A DNA stretch of 64,000 nt from an uncultured delta proteobacterium. Lineage in GTDB: Bacteria; Myxococcota_A; Polyangia; Polyangiales; B10-G4. Made by a program: the position numbers and the translations under genes. The notes under the pieces are model-generated. The model was given only the letters and a program-made list of their open reading frames with translations, was not told where the DNA came from and did not search any database. Position 1 is the first letter of the stretch. Each line of letters begins with the position of its first letter. Shown here piece by piece: positions 45,286 through 55,840 of the stretch. The DNA lies in NCBI GenBank assembly GCA_963727445.1, contig CAVSGI010000009.1, forward strand, positions 864,001 through 928,000. The letters are read 5' to 3'.

Positions 45286-47129
45286 TGCGGCGCTTCATCC
45301 CATCCCTCGTCTTTCTGCTCGCCTGCGCGCCCACGCCGCCTTCGACGGAGCTCTTCGCCCACCCCTTTCCCGACGAGCGCCTCCGCGAGCCGGACGGGAC
45401 CCTGCGCATCGCCGAGTTCCCGGTCGGCACCGGCGCGCCCATTCGCCATCAGAGCGCGGCCTCTCTGCGGCGCGCGCGCGGCTTCGGCGTGGCGTCGCCC
45501 GTTCTCTTTCCCTTCGACGTGCCTCTCGACGAGGCGTCGCTGCCGAGCCTCGAAGCGAGCGCTGACGAAGACGCGTCGGTCCTCATCGTGAACGTCGATC
45601 GCGATTCGCCCGACCTGGGCGCCCGGGCGATCGTCGACGTGCGCTTCCTCGCCGACGCCGGACCCTTCGGCGGGACGAATCTGCTGGTCGCGCTCCCCTA
45701 TCCAGGCGTGCCCCTCGCGCGCGAGACGCTCTACGCCGCGGTCGTGACCACGCGGGTGCGCGCCGCCGACGGCACGCCGCTGCCGCCCTCGACGGAGCTC
45801 GCGCCCACGCCGGTGCACGCTGCCGCCGTCGACACGCTCGGCGAGCTCGGTGTCGCGCCGGACGCGATCGCCTCCCTCGCCGTATTCCGCACCGACGACC
45901 CGACCCGCGACCTCCGCGCCGCCGTCGCCCAGGCGCTTCGCGAGGACGCGCCGGCGCTCGACACCCCGACGATGATCGAAGAGTACGAGGGCTACTGCGT
46001 GTTCGGCGCCATGGTCGACATGCCCGTCTATCAGGAGGGAGAGCCGCCGTATCTCCACGACGGCGGCGGTTGGGTGTGGGATCGAGACGACCACCTCGTC
46101 CTTCAGCGCCGCGCCCCCTCCCGCGTCTTCATCACCGTGCCGCGCGTCGTCGCGCAGCGCTATCCGAGCGCGCTCTTCATCCGAGCGGGCGGCGGCGGTG
46201 ACCGCCCGCTGATGGATCGCGGCCCCCGCGACCGCGAGGGACACAGCGCTCCCGGGACCGGCATCGCCCGCGAGCTCGCCGAGGCGGGCTACGTCGGACT
46301 CTCGGTGGACGGCCCCCTCGGCGGCATTCGCAACACCGCCGGCTGGGACGAGCAGACCGCGGTCTTCAACCTCGTGAATCCCATCGCCATGCGGGACAAC
46401 GTACGGCAGTCGGCGCTCGAGCTGGCGCTCCTCGCAAATGCCATCGACGATCTCCACATCGACGCTTCCGCCTGTGAGGGGGCGGCGCCGGTGGTGCAGG
46501 TCGACGCCCATCCGGTGCTCATCGGCCACTCGACGGGCGCCACCATCGCGCCCATCGCCGCGACGGTGTCGCCGCGCTTCAGGGCCATGGTGCTCGCCGG
46601 CGCGGGCTCGAGCTGGGTGCGGCAGCTCGTCTACAAGGAGAGCCCGGCGCCTCTCAGACCGCTGGCGGAGGTGCTCTTCGGCTACTGGCCTCGTCGCACC
46701 CTCGTCGAGCACGACCCGATGCTCGGGCTCGTGCAGTGGGCGGGGGAGCCGGCGGATCCGATGGTCTACGCGCCGGAGCTCGAAGACCGCGACGTCCTCG
46801 TCTTTCAGGGCGTGGTCGACACCTACATCCCGCCGCCCATCGCCAACCCCACGGCGCTGTCGCTCGGCCTCGATCTCGCGGGAGAGCCTCTCGACGAAGG
46901 CGTCGGAGCCCGCTCCATCATCGACGACCTCGCCCTCGTCGGAGGAAGGGAGCGCCCCCTGCCGGCGGAATGCGACGCCTCGGGGCGCCTGCGGGTCGTC
47001 ACCCAGCTCGCGGACGACGGGATCGAGGACGGCCACGAGATCCTCTATCAGCGTGCCGAGGCACGGCTTCAGCTCAGGCGTTTCCTCGAAACGCTGGCGG
47101 AGGGCGACCCCGCGCTGGTCGGGTTGTGA
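45285..47129 (+). CDS. Lipoprotein with alpha/beta-hydrolase-like domain
   Basis: Lipobox LLAC; GHSTG elbow; RDNVRQSAL. Confidence 0.7.
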   Translation: MRRFIPSLVFLLACAPTPPSTELFAHPFPDERLREPDGTLRIAEFPVGTGAPIRHQSAASLRRARGFGVASPVLFPFDVPLDEASLPSLEASADEDASVLIVNVDRDSPDLGARAIVDVRFLADAGPFGGTNLLVALPYPGVPLARETLYAAVVTTRVRAADGTPLPPSTELAPTPVHAAAVDTLGELGVAPDAIASLAVFRTDDPTRDLRAAVAQALREDAPALDTPTMIEEYEGYCVFGAMVDMPVYQEGEPPYLHDGGGWVWDRDDHLVLQRRAPSRVFITVPRVVAQRYPSALFIRAGGGGDRPLMDRGPRDREGHSAPGTGIARELAEAGYVGLSVDGPLGGIRNTAGWDEQTAVFNLVNPIAMRDNVRQSALELALLANAIDDLHIDASACEGAAPVVQVDAHPVLIGHSTGATIAPIAATVSPRFRAMVLAGAGSSWVRQLVYKESPAPLRPLAEVLFGYWPRRTLVEHDPMLGLVQWAGEPADPMVYAPELEDRDVLVFQGVVDTYIPPPIANPTALSLGLDLAGEPLDEGVGARSIIDDLALVGGRERPLPAECDASGRLRVVTQLADDGIEDGHEILYQRAEARLQLRRFLETLAEGDPALVGL

Positions 47130-47132
47130 ACG

Positions 47133-48230
47133 GTGCTCGCCGTGCTAATCCGACGGGTCATGAGGGGTGAAGTCGCACTGGCGGACTGGCCGTCGAACGC
47201 CGAGCCGTCACGCGTGCTGCCCGCGAAGGCGATGTGGTTCTTCGTCGCGGGGCCGCCGGCGATGGCGCTCCTCTTCGACCCCGACTGCATCAAAGAGCCG
47301 ATGCACGTCCTCAGGGCGATGATCGCGCTCGTCACCTTCACGGTGGTCACCGGCATCTCTGTCCACTACGCCTTCGAGTGGACCCACGCGCGGCTCCGCG
47401 AATCGCCGGCGGCGCTCCGCCTTGCGGCGCATGCGCTCGTGACGCCGCTGGTGGTGGTCGCGGTGAGCCTGCCCCAGCTCCCCCTCGTCCGCTTCGTCTA
47501 TCCGGAGGTGGCGGGCGACGAGCTGACGGTCGTCTCGCGCGCCGTCCTGGTGAGCTACGCCTATCTCGCGGTGGCGAGCTTCATCGGCTACCTGCTCCGC
47601 CAGGCCGCGCGCGAGCGCAACCGCGCGCAGGAGGAGCGGATGCTGGCCCTCGAGTCGCGGCTGCGCGTGCTCCAGGCGCAGACCCAGCCGCACTTCCTCT
47701 TCAACAGCCTCAACGTCTGCGCCGGCCTCGTGCACGAGGACGCGGACTCGGCCGAGCGCACCCTCGACCGCCTCTCGGGCTTCCTCCGCTACTCTCTCGA
47801 GAGCACCGAGCGCCGCCTCGTTCCGCTCAGCGAAGAGCTCGACGCCATCGCCGACTACCTCGAGGTGCAGCGCCAGCGCTTCGGCTCGCGGCTCTCCTAC
47901 GAGATCGAGAGCGCGAAGCTCACCCATCGCGTCCCGCCGATGCTCCTTCAGCCGCTCGTCGAGAACGCGGTGCTCCACGGCATCGGGCGCGCGCCCGAAG
48001 GAGGCACCATCACCATCGACGCGAAGGTCGAGCAAGGCGCGCTGATGATTTCCGTCGAAGACGCGCGCCGCGGCGCCGCCGGCCCGAACCACGGCCATCG
48101 CGGCACCGGCCTCGGCCAGAAGAACGTGCGCGAGCGCCTGGCGCTCGTCTATGGCGCGGCCGCGCAGCTGGACGCCGAGCCCACCGCGGACGGCTACCGC
48201 GCGGTGGTCACCATTCCGGTGTCGGCGTGA
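47133..48230 (+). CDS. LytS/YehU-family sensor histidine kinase
   Basis: LQAQTQPHFLFNSLN, LQPLVENAVLHG, GTGLGQKNVRERL. Confidence 0.92.
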   Translation: MLAVLIRRVMRGEVALADWPSNAEPSRVLPAKAMWFFVAGPPAMALLFDPDCIKEPMHVLRAMIALVTFTVVTGISVHYAFEWTHARLRESPAALRLAAHALVTPLVVVAVSLPQLPLVRFVYPEVAGDELTVVSRAVLVSYAYLAVASFIGYLLRQAARERNRAQEERMLALESRLRVLQAQTQPHFLFNSLNVCAGLVHEDADSAERTLDRLSGFLRYSLESTERRLVPLSEELDAIADYLEVQRQRFGSRLSYEIESAKLTHRVPPMLLQPLVENAVLHGIGRAPEGGTITIDAKVEQGALMISVEDARRGAAGPNHGHRGTGLGQKNVRERLALVYGAAAQLDAEPTADGYRAVVTIPVSA

Positions 48231-48914
48231 GAGTCCTCGTCGTCGACGACGAGCCGATCGCGCGCGCCCGCATCCTGCGCGTTCTGTCGCGCATGGAAGG
48301 CGTCGAGGTCGCGGGCGAAGCCGAAAACGGCGTCGAGGCGCTCGAGCTCGCGCGCGAGCTCGCGCCCGACGTGCTCCTCCTCGACATCGACATGCCGGGG
48401 CTCGACGGGCTCGCGGTGGCCGAATCGCCCGACGTCCCGCCCGTCATCTTCACCACCGCGCACAAAGAACACGCCATCGACGCGTTCGCGGCGAACGCCT
48501 ACGACTACCTGCTCAAGCCGATTCTCGGAAGAGCGACTTCAGAAGGCGCTCGACAAGGTGGGCGAGCGCGCGCCAGCGTCGCCCAGCGAGCCCTGGCGCC
48601 TGGTCGTCGTCGACGGCTCACTGAAGCGCTTCGTCGACGCCCGTCAGGTGGAGGTCTTCTCCGCCGACAAGAAGTACGTCGCCTTCACCCTCGACGGCGA
48701 AGAGCTCCTCACCCGCGAGAGCCTCGACGCCCTCGAGACCCGCCTCGGACCTCTCGGCTTCTTGCGCGCCAGCCGCGGATCGCTCGTCCGGCGCGATGCG
48801 ATCACCGCCTACGACGCGGCCGACGGGGGCACGCTGGTGCTCGAAAGCGGCGCCCGGGTCGAGGTCAGCCGCCGTGCCGCGCCCGCCGTTCGAGCGGCTC
48901 TGGGCCTCTCTTAA
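48227..48914 (+). CDS. LytTR-family response regulator, frameshift near 48521
   Basis: [21 protein letters not shown]; LytTR domain (ADKKY, FLRASR, VSRR) in the shifted frame. Confidence 0.88.
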
Positions 48915-49020
48915 CTCTCGCCCCGAGGCCTTTCGTGCCTCCCTGTCGTGTGTCAGCTTGCCCGCTCCGAGGCTCTTAAACCGCTCATGGAGCGGCCACT
49001 GGGCCCGAGCAGGAGGCGCG

Positions 49021-50691
49021 ATGCGGGCACTTCACCTGGTTTTTTTCGGCGTCGTCGTCGCCGTCATGGCGATGGGCTGCGGCACCCGTGGGGACCGCCC
49101 GAGCGACGGGGGAACCTTCGACACGATGGACCCTCCGGTGGCGGGCTGCGACGCCTCCGTGGACAGCGATGGTGACGGCATCGCCGACGCCATCGACGGC
49201 AACGACGACACCGACGGTGACGGCACGCCCGACCGTCTGGACGATGACTCGGATGGCGACGGGATCAGCGACGCCGAGGAGCACGCGGGCTTCGGGCCGT
49301 GCAACATCGCGGACGCCGACATGGACGGCATCCCCAACCATCAGGACACCGACTCCGACAACGACGGCCTGAGCGACGCCGACGAGACGAACGTCTACTA
49401 CACCGATCCCCACAATCGCGACAGCGACGGCGACGGAGTGACCGACCTCGGCGAGGTCGCGGCCATGACCGATCCCAACGACGCCTCGAGCACCATCTCC
49501 GACGACGACTTCTTCGTGGTGCTTCCCTATCTCGGCGACCACGTGACGAAGACGCTGCGCTTCGGCACCGAGATCCAGCGCGCCGACATCTACTTCCTCA
49601 TCGACACCACCGGTTCGATGGGGCCGTCGATCGACAACGTACGTTCGTCTCTCTCGCGCATCGCCACCGCCCTCGCCGGGGAGATCCCCGACGTGCAGAT
49701 GGGCGTCGGCCACTTCGAGGACTTCCCCTTCGCGAGCGGGAGCCCCTTCGGCGACACCTTCTTCGGCGGGCCCGCCGACGTGGCGTACGGGAACGAACAG
49801 GACATCACGGGCGACGTCGCCGCGGTTCAGAGCGCGCTCGATGGTCTCGTCATCGGCGATGGTCACGACGGACCGGAGGCGCAGGTGCAGGCGCTCTATC
49901 AGACGGCGACCGGCGCGGGCGGCGACTGGAACTTCATGGGCAGCGCGGCGAGCTGGAGCCTGCCGCGGCGGGACTGCTTCGCGGTGCCCGACGAGGTCGG
50001 GCGTCGTCGCGGCTATCCCTGCTTCCGCCCCGGCTCGCTTCCGGTGGTGGTGCTCGTGACCGACATCGAGTGGCACAACGGCTACGCCACCGGCGACCAT
50101 TGGCCGTACTCGCAGATCAGCCCGGCCCCGCAGGGTCTGCCCGACGCGGCGATGGCGCTGAACGCCATCGGGGGTCGCTACGTCGGCGTGGTGGTGGACA
50201 GCGGCGGCGGCTCCTGGCCGATGGACCACGAGCAGGTCGCCATGATGACGGGGAGCGTCGACGGGACCGGCGCGCCGCTTGTCTACGACGCGGTGGCGGG
50301 CTCGGTCTCGGATCGCATCATCGACGGCATCCGCACGCTCGTCGGCAGCACGCCCCAGAACGTGACCACCGTGACCGAGAACGTGCCGCCCAATCCGGAC
50401 GGCGTGGACGCGACCGGCTTCATCATCTCGATCACCCCGCTCGAAGGGTATGGGCCCGGCGGCATCGCGGGCGCGGGCTACGACAGCAAAGACGATGTGG
50501 CCTTTTACGGTGTGACCCCCGGGACGGTGGTGGAGTTCGAGGTCGACTTCTACAACGACTTCGTCACGCCCCCGCCTACGGCGCAGGTCTACAAGGCCAA
50601 CATCGTCGTGATGGGCAACGGCGTGGCGCGTCTGAGCGAGCGCAACGTCTACATCATCGTTCCGCCGGAGGGCGGGACGGTCCTGATTTAG
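49021..50691 (+). CDS. Lipoprotein with thrombospondin type-3-like Ca-binding repeats and vWA domain
   Basis: Lipobox AMGC; repeated DSDGDGIx[18 protein letters not shown]-like motif. Confidence 0.85.
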   Translation: MRALHLVFFGVVVAVMAMGCGTRGDRPSDGGTFDTMDPPVAGCDASVDSDGDGIADAIDGNDDTDGDGTPDRLDDDSDGDGISDAEEHAGFGPCNIADADMDGIPNHQDTDSDNDGLSDADETNVYYTDPHNRDSDGDGVTDLGEVAAMTDPNDASSTISDDDFFVVLPYLGDHVTKTLRFGTEIQRADIYFLIDTTGSMGPSIDNVRSSLSRIATALAGEIPDVQMGVGHFEDFPFASGSPFGDTFFGGPADVAYGNEQDITGDVAAVQSALDGLVIGDGHDGPEAQVQALYQTATGAGGDWNFMGSAASWSLPRRDCFAVPDEVGRRRGYPCFRPGSLPVVVLVTDIEWHNGYATGDHWPYSQISPAPQGLPDAAMALNAIGGRYVGVVVDSGGGSWPMDHEQVAMMTGSVDGTGAPLVYDAVAGSVSDRIIDGIRTLVGSTPQNVTTVTENVPPNPDGVDATGFIISITPLEGYGPGGIAGAGYDSKDDVAFYGVTPGTVVEFEVDFYNDFVTPPPTAQVYKANIVVMGNGVARLSERNVYIIVPPEGGTVLI

Positions 50692-50755
50692 CGCACATCC
50701 CGCGCCCCCGAGGCGGGTAGTCTTTCGCGCCGTCTCGTGTCACAACACCGGCCCC

Positions 50756-52432
<1,677 letters not shown>

Positions 52433-52453
52433 GCCGCCCCTCTCCGACCCGGC

Positions 52454-52580
52454 GGGGACGTCGTTCACTTTTGACGCAACCCAGGCGAGCGCGATCGAAC
52501 GCGGGTCGTTGCCGGATCGCGCGACCCGCGCTGGTCAAAAGTGCACTGCGTCCCCTTCCAACGTCCTTGGGGGGGACGCA
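52454..52580 (+). other. Nested inverted-repeat (structured) element downstream of ettA
   Basis: CACTTTTGAC/GTCAAAAGTG, GCGCGATC/GATCGCGC, CGCGGGTCG/CGACCCGCG, TGCGTCCCC/GGGGACGCA. Confidence 0.75.
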
Positions 52581-52759
52581 CGGATTCGGAGTTCGGATTC
52601 GGAGTTCGGATTCGGAGTTCGGATTCGGATTCGGAGTTCGGAGTTCGGATTCGGAGTTCGGATTCGGTGTCGGATTCGGATTCGGATTCGGAGTTCGGTG
52701 TCGGATTCGGATTCGGAGTCGGGGGCGGGTTCGGATTCGGAGTTCGGAGTTCGGATTCG
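52581..52759 (+). repeat. Mixed 6/7-bp microsatellite (CGGATT / CGGAGTT / CGGTGT), 179 bp
   Basis: Directly visible. Confidence 0.95.
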
Positions 52760-52764
52760 TGATC

Positions 52765-52827
52765 GGACCCTGAGGTGCGTGGTGTTGCTCATGGGGGGTA
52801 TGAGCAACACCACGCACCTCAGGGTCC
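52765..52827 (+). promoter_or_regulatory. Perfect 28-bp hairpin pairing with the first 28 nt of the four-helix-bundle gene; loop GGGGGGT
   Basis: GGACCCTGAGGTGCGTGGTGTTGCTCAT / ATGAGCAACACCACGCACCTCAGGGTCC. Confidence 0.9.
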
Positions 52828-53138
52828 TTCGGGATACGATCCAAATCATTCGGGAGCTTCGGCCGGTCATCGGGCGGCTGAAGAAGCGGAACGCGAAGCT
52901 AGCGGATCAGCTGGAGCGGGCCGCGACGAGCAGCGCGTTGAACCAGGGCGAAGGGAATGCGATGCGGGGCGGCAATCGCCGCAAGCACTTCGACATCGCG
53001 CTGGGCTCGACCCAGGAAGTGAGGGTCGCCCTCGAGACGGCGGCGGCCCTCGGGTACATCCCCGACGAGATCGTCACCCGATTCGATCCACGACTCGACT
53101 CGATCTGCGCGCGGCTGTATCGGCTCGCAGGGTATTGA
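52800..53138 (+). CDS. Four-helix-bundle protein (23S rRNA IVP / Avd-like superfamily)
   Basis: LADQLERAATSSALNQGEG, HFDIALGSTQEV, A..LGYI motifs; 112 aa. Confidence 0.88.
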   Translation: MSNTTHLRVLRDTIQIIRELRPVIGRLKKRNAKLADQLERAATSSALNQGEGNAMRGGNRRKHFDIALGSTQEVRVALETAAALGYIPDEIVTRFDPRLDSICARLYRLAGY

Positions 53139-53169
53139 GCGGCTCGCGGCGAGAAGCATCGGAGATTCG

Positions 53170-53206
53170 CGCGCGCGATCACTTTCCCCGGGGAAAGGAT
53201 GCGCGC
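53170..53206. other. Bulged palindrome GCGCGC(G)ATC(A)CTTTCCCC|GGGGAAAG-GAT-GCGCGC (motif M, copy 1)
   Basis: First 26 nt identical to 58837..58862. Confidence 0.75.
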
Positions 53207-53501
53207 CTGAGCTCTCCCTCCGCCGTTCGGTCCGCGCTCAAAGACTGCCGCTGAGACTCTGGTCGATCCACTTTGTCACCCCTCTGGGGGGACAAGCCTC
53301 TGCGCGTTGCACTGCGAAGCCATTCGCTGCGCGACGAATGAATCGTGACGAACCGAAGCGATCGAACTCCTTCGTCACAATCTCTGCCGTCGTGCCACTC
53401 ACCCCACGGGACGTCCGTATGCGTAACCGCAGTTGCGAACGAGTTGGGGGGGGGGTGTACGTTCATTGCACAGCTCTTGTGAGCAGAATAGGGGGGCCGC
53501 G

Positions 53502-55466
53502 ATGGGAATTCGAGGTCTACGAACCGAGCATGTGCTCGCGCTGTTCGTCGGGCTGCTCTCGATCGTGGCGAGTCCCGTGCGTGCGCAACAGCGACGCGCC
53601 GGGCCGCCCTTTCGCAACGACATCGTCGCGTCGTTCAGCAGCGGCACCGTCCTCATCGACGTCGACGGCTCCACCGCGATTACGACGATCACCGGCGGAC
53701 GGATGGCGCTCTCGACAGACAACGTCCATTGCACGCCAACAACCGCGGCACCATGCCCGTATACCGTCCTCGATCTGCGCGTCGCCGTGGCCGATTTTTC
53801 GATCGAAGGCCTCGACTTCGAGGAGGTCGCGCTCCTCAACGCCATCACCGCCGTCGATCGACCGGATGACGGGAGCGGGCTCCACGTTCGCCCAGTGATT
53901 CCATACTGGGTATTTGGCCGACTCGACGGAGAGCCCTTCGGGTTTCGCACGACACCAGACATGACCGAAGACGTGTTGGAGATCATGGATCTCGTGGTCA
54001 CACCAACCGAGAACCACGCCACGATCTTCGGCCACCTCTCGGGAACGATCGGGTCGCTGCACGTGCGCGCCACCATCATGGCGAGCGCAGACGAGCCGTT
54101 CGACAACGTTCCACCCGTCGCCGATGCCGGTCGCGATGTGTCGGCGACGACATCCTGTATCGCCGACGTGCTACCCGACGCGTCCGGGACCTTCGACCCG
54201 AACGGCAACGAAACGGGCGCGTGGTGGGAGCTGAACCAGTACGGCCTCGCGGAATCCGAAGACCCCGTACGACTCCAGCCGGGCGACTACGATCTCACGC
54301 TGGTCGCGCGGGACGACTTTGGTGGGGAAGCGAAGGACACGACGTTCGTCCACGTGAGTGACGACGGGACGAGCCCACCGCTCCCGGGCATGGCTGTCGT
54401 CTCGTTCGAGGTTCCTCCGGGGTCGGCGCCCGAGCGCTTCGCGCTCGTGGGAAGCGACGGCATCGAGCTGAAACCGAACGCTTCGGTGCTGACCGCCGAC
54501 AGTCGCGGTGCACCCGTATCGAGTGGTGGAGCGCTCACGATGAGCGTGAGTTCGCACGCGGGCGAGAGCTACGTTGCTGACGACACCCTGCTTCGGAACC
54601 GTGCGTGGATCGAGGGGGCGCTCCACGCGGGCGCCGGAGTGCAAACGGGTCACGACGTACGCATCGACGGGGGTATCCTGCGTGATGGGCCGTACGAGCC
54701 AGGTGTCGTCACGAGCTTCTACGTACCCACCGTGCCCCGCGAAGCGCCCTCGGTCGTCCTCCGACCCGGTGAGCACGCCAGCCTGGTTCCGGGGGCCTAC
54801 GAGCGTATCGCGCTCGGCCCAGGCGCGGTGCTCGAGCTCGCGCCCGGCGTATACGCAGTAAACGACCTGCGAGTTCCGCCGAACGCTCAGCTCCTCACGC
54901 GTGAGCAGGGCGAAGGCGTCCCTTCGATCCTCGCCGTGCACCAGACTGCCTTCTACCACGGCGATATCGTGGCAACCGAAGGCACGCCCTCACTCCTCAT
55001 CGCGTATCTCGGCATCGAGGCCTGGACGATCCACTCCGCCTTCAACGGCTGGATCGTCGCGCCGAACGCGACCCTCGTCCTCGCCGGTGTCGCGCACCGA
55101 GGCGGATTCATCGCCAGGCAGATCCTCGTGCAGCCACACGCCGTGATTACCCAGCAGGCTCTCTCCTGGGCGTTCGTCCGCGATTCACGTAACGCGTGCG
55201 CCCTCGAACCGCGGGTCACGTGCGTGAAAGAGGGCCCGGGCGGCCTCGTGGCGGTGTTCGGATATCGAAACGTGCTCGAGCACATCGGCGCGTTCGTCCC
55301 GGCGGGTCCGTTCAATCGGGTCGATGGATCGGCGAGGCCACCGCCGCCGTTCTTCTGGCCCGGGCAGGTGGACGAAGCGTTCGCAGTCTCCTTCACGGAG
55401 CGAGCCACCTGGGTCCTCGGCGGCCGGACCGCGACCGCAACGGAAGGGAGCACGCGATGTCCATGA
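53502..55466 (+). CDS. Secreted multidomain protein (PKD-like domain, beta-rich C-terminus)
   Basis: Signal peptide VRA-Q; NVPPVADAG...DASGTFDP PKD-like segment; atypical codon usage. Confidence 0.72.
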   Translation: MGIRGLRTEHVLALFVGLLSIVASPVRAQQRRAGPPFRNDIVASFSSGTVLIDVDGSTAITTITGGRMALSTDNVHCTPTTAAPCPYTVLDLRVAVADFSIEGLDFEEVALLNAITAVDRPDDGSGLHVRPVIPYWVFGRLDGEPFGFRTTPDMTEDVLEIMDLVVTPTENHATIFGHLSGTIGSLHVRATIMASADEPFDNVPPVADAGRDVSATTSCIADVLPDASGTFDPNGNETGAWWELNQYGLAESEDPVRLQPGDYDLTLVARDDFGGEAKDTTFVHVSDDGTSPPLPGMAVVSFEVPPGSAPERFALVGSDGIELKPNASVLTADSRGAPVSSGGALTMSVSSHAGESYVADDTLLRNRAWIEGALHAGAGVQTGHDVRIDGGILRDGPYEPGVVTSFYVPTVPREAPSVVLRPGEHASLVPGAYERIALGPGAVLELAPGVYAVNDLRVPPNAQLLTREQGEGVPSILAVHQTAFYHGDIVATEGTPSLLIAYLGIEAWTIHSAFNGWIVAPNATLVLAGVAHRGGFIARQILVQPHAVITQQALSWAFVRDSRNACALEPRVTCVKEGPGGLVAVFGYRNVLEHIGAFVPAGPFNRVDGSARPPPPFFWPGQVDEAFAVSFTERATWVLGGRTATATEGSTRCP

Positions 55467-55840
55467 CGCGTCATGTTCGTTTATCGGGGGTGGTGCTCGC
55501 AGCCGTCCTGTGTTTCTCGTGCGGCTCATCATCCGACGAGGTGCCCCCGACCGGCGTCGACCTCGACACGCCGGTGGAGTCGCTGGCGGGTTGGAGCGCG
55601 CTGATCGCGTCGATGGACCTTCCCGAAAATCGCGACGTCGGCTTGGCGAGCTGGGTGGAGACCTTTCGGGAAGGCCTGGACATCGCGCGTATGGGCGCGA
55701 CGCCGACCGATCGCGAGGAAGCCGAGACCGCGTGGTGGAATGAGGCGCGCCGTGCACTCCCCGCCATCGTCGGAACCGACAACGTCGATCGCGTCATCGC
55801 ATGGCTCGAGATGCTCTACGGCAACCGGGGGACGCCATGA
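55463..55840 (+). CDS. Small lipoprotein
   Basis: ATGA overlaps on both sides; lipobox-like CFSC. Confidence 0.65.
   Translation: MTRHVRLSGVVLAAVLCFSCGSSSDEVPPTGVDLDTPVESLAGWSALIASMDLPENRDVGLASWVETFREGLDIARMGATPTDREEAETAWWNEARRALPAIVGTDNVDRVIAWLEMLYGNRGTP

Noticed and set aside
52581..52759. CRISPR array
   Set aside because: Units are contiguous 6-7-mers with no unique spacers; no cas genes in the window.
52471..52870. ORFs rich in SDSDSE, RIRIR or FGFG across the microsatellite (also 60075..60453)
   Set aside because: These are translation products of a stop-free simple repeat, open in many frames on both strands; the plausible gene starts at ATG 52800.
52433..53142. 23S rRNA intervening sequence
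   Set aside because: No rRNA sequence flanks the four-helix-bundle gene.
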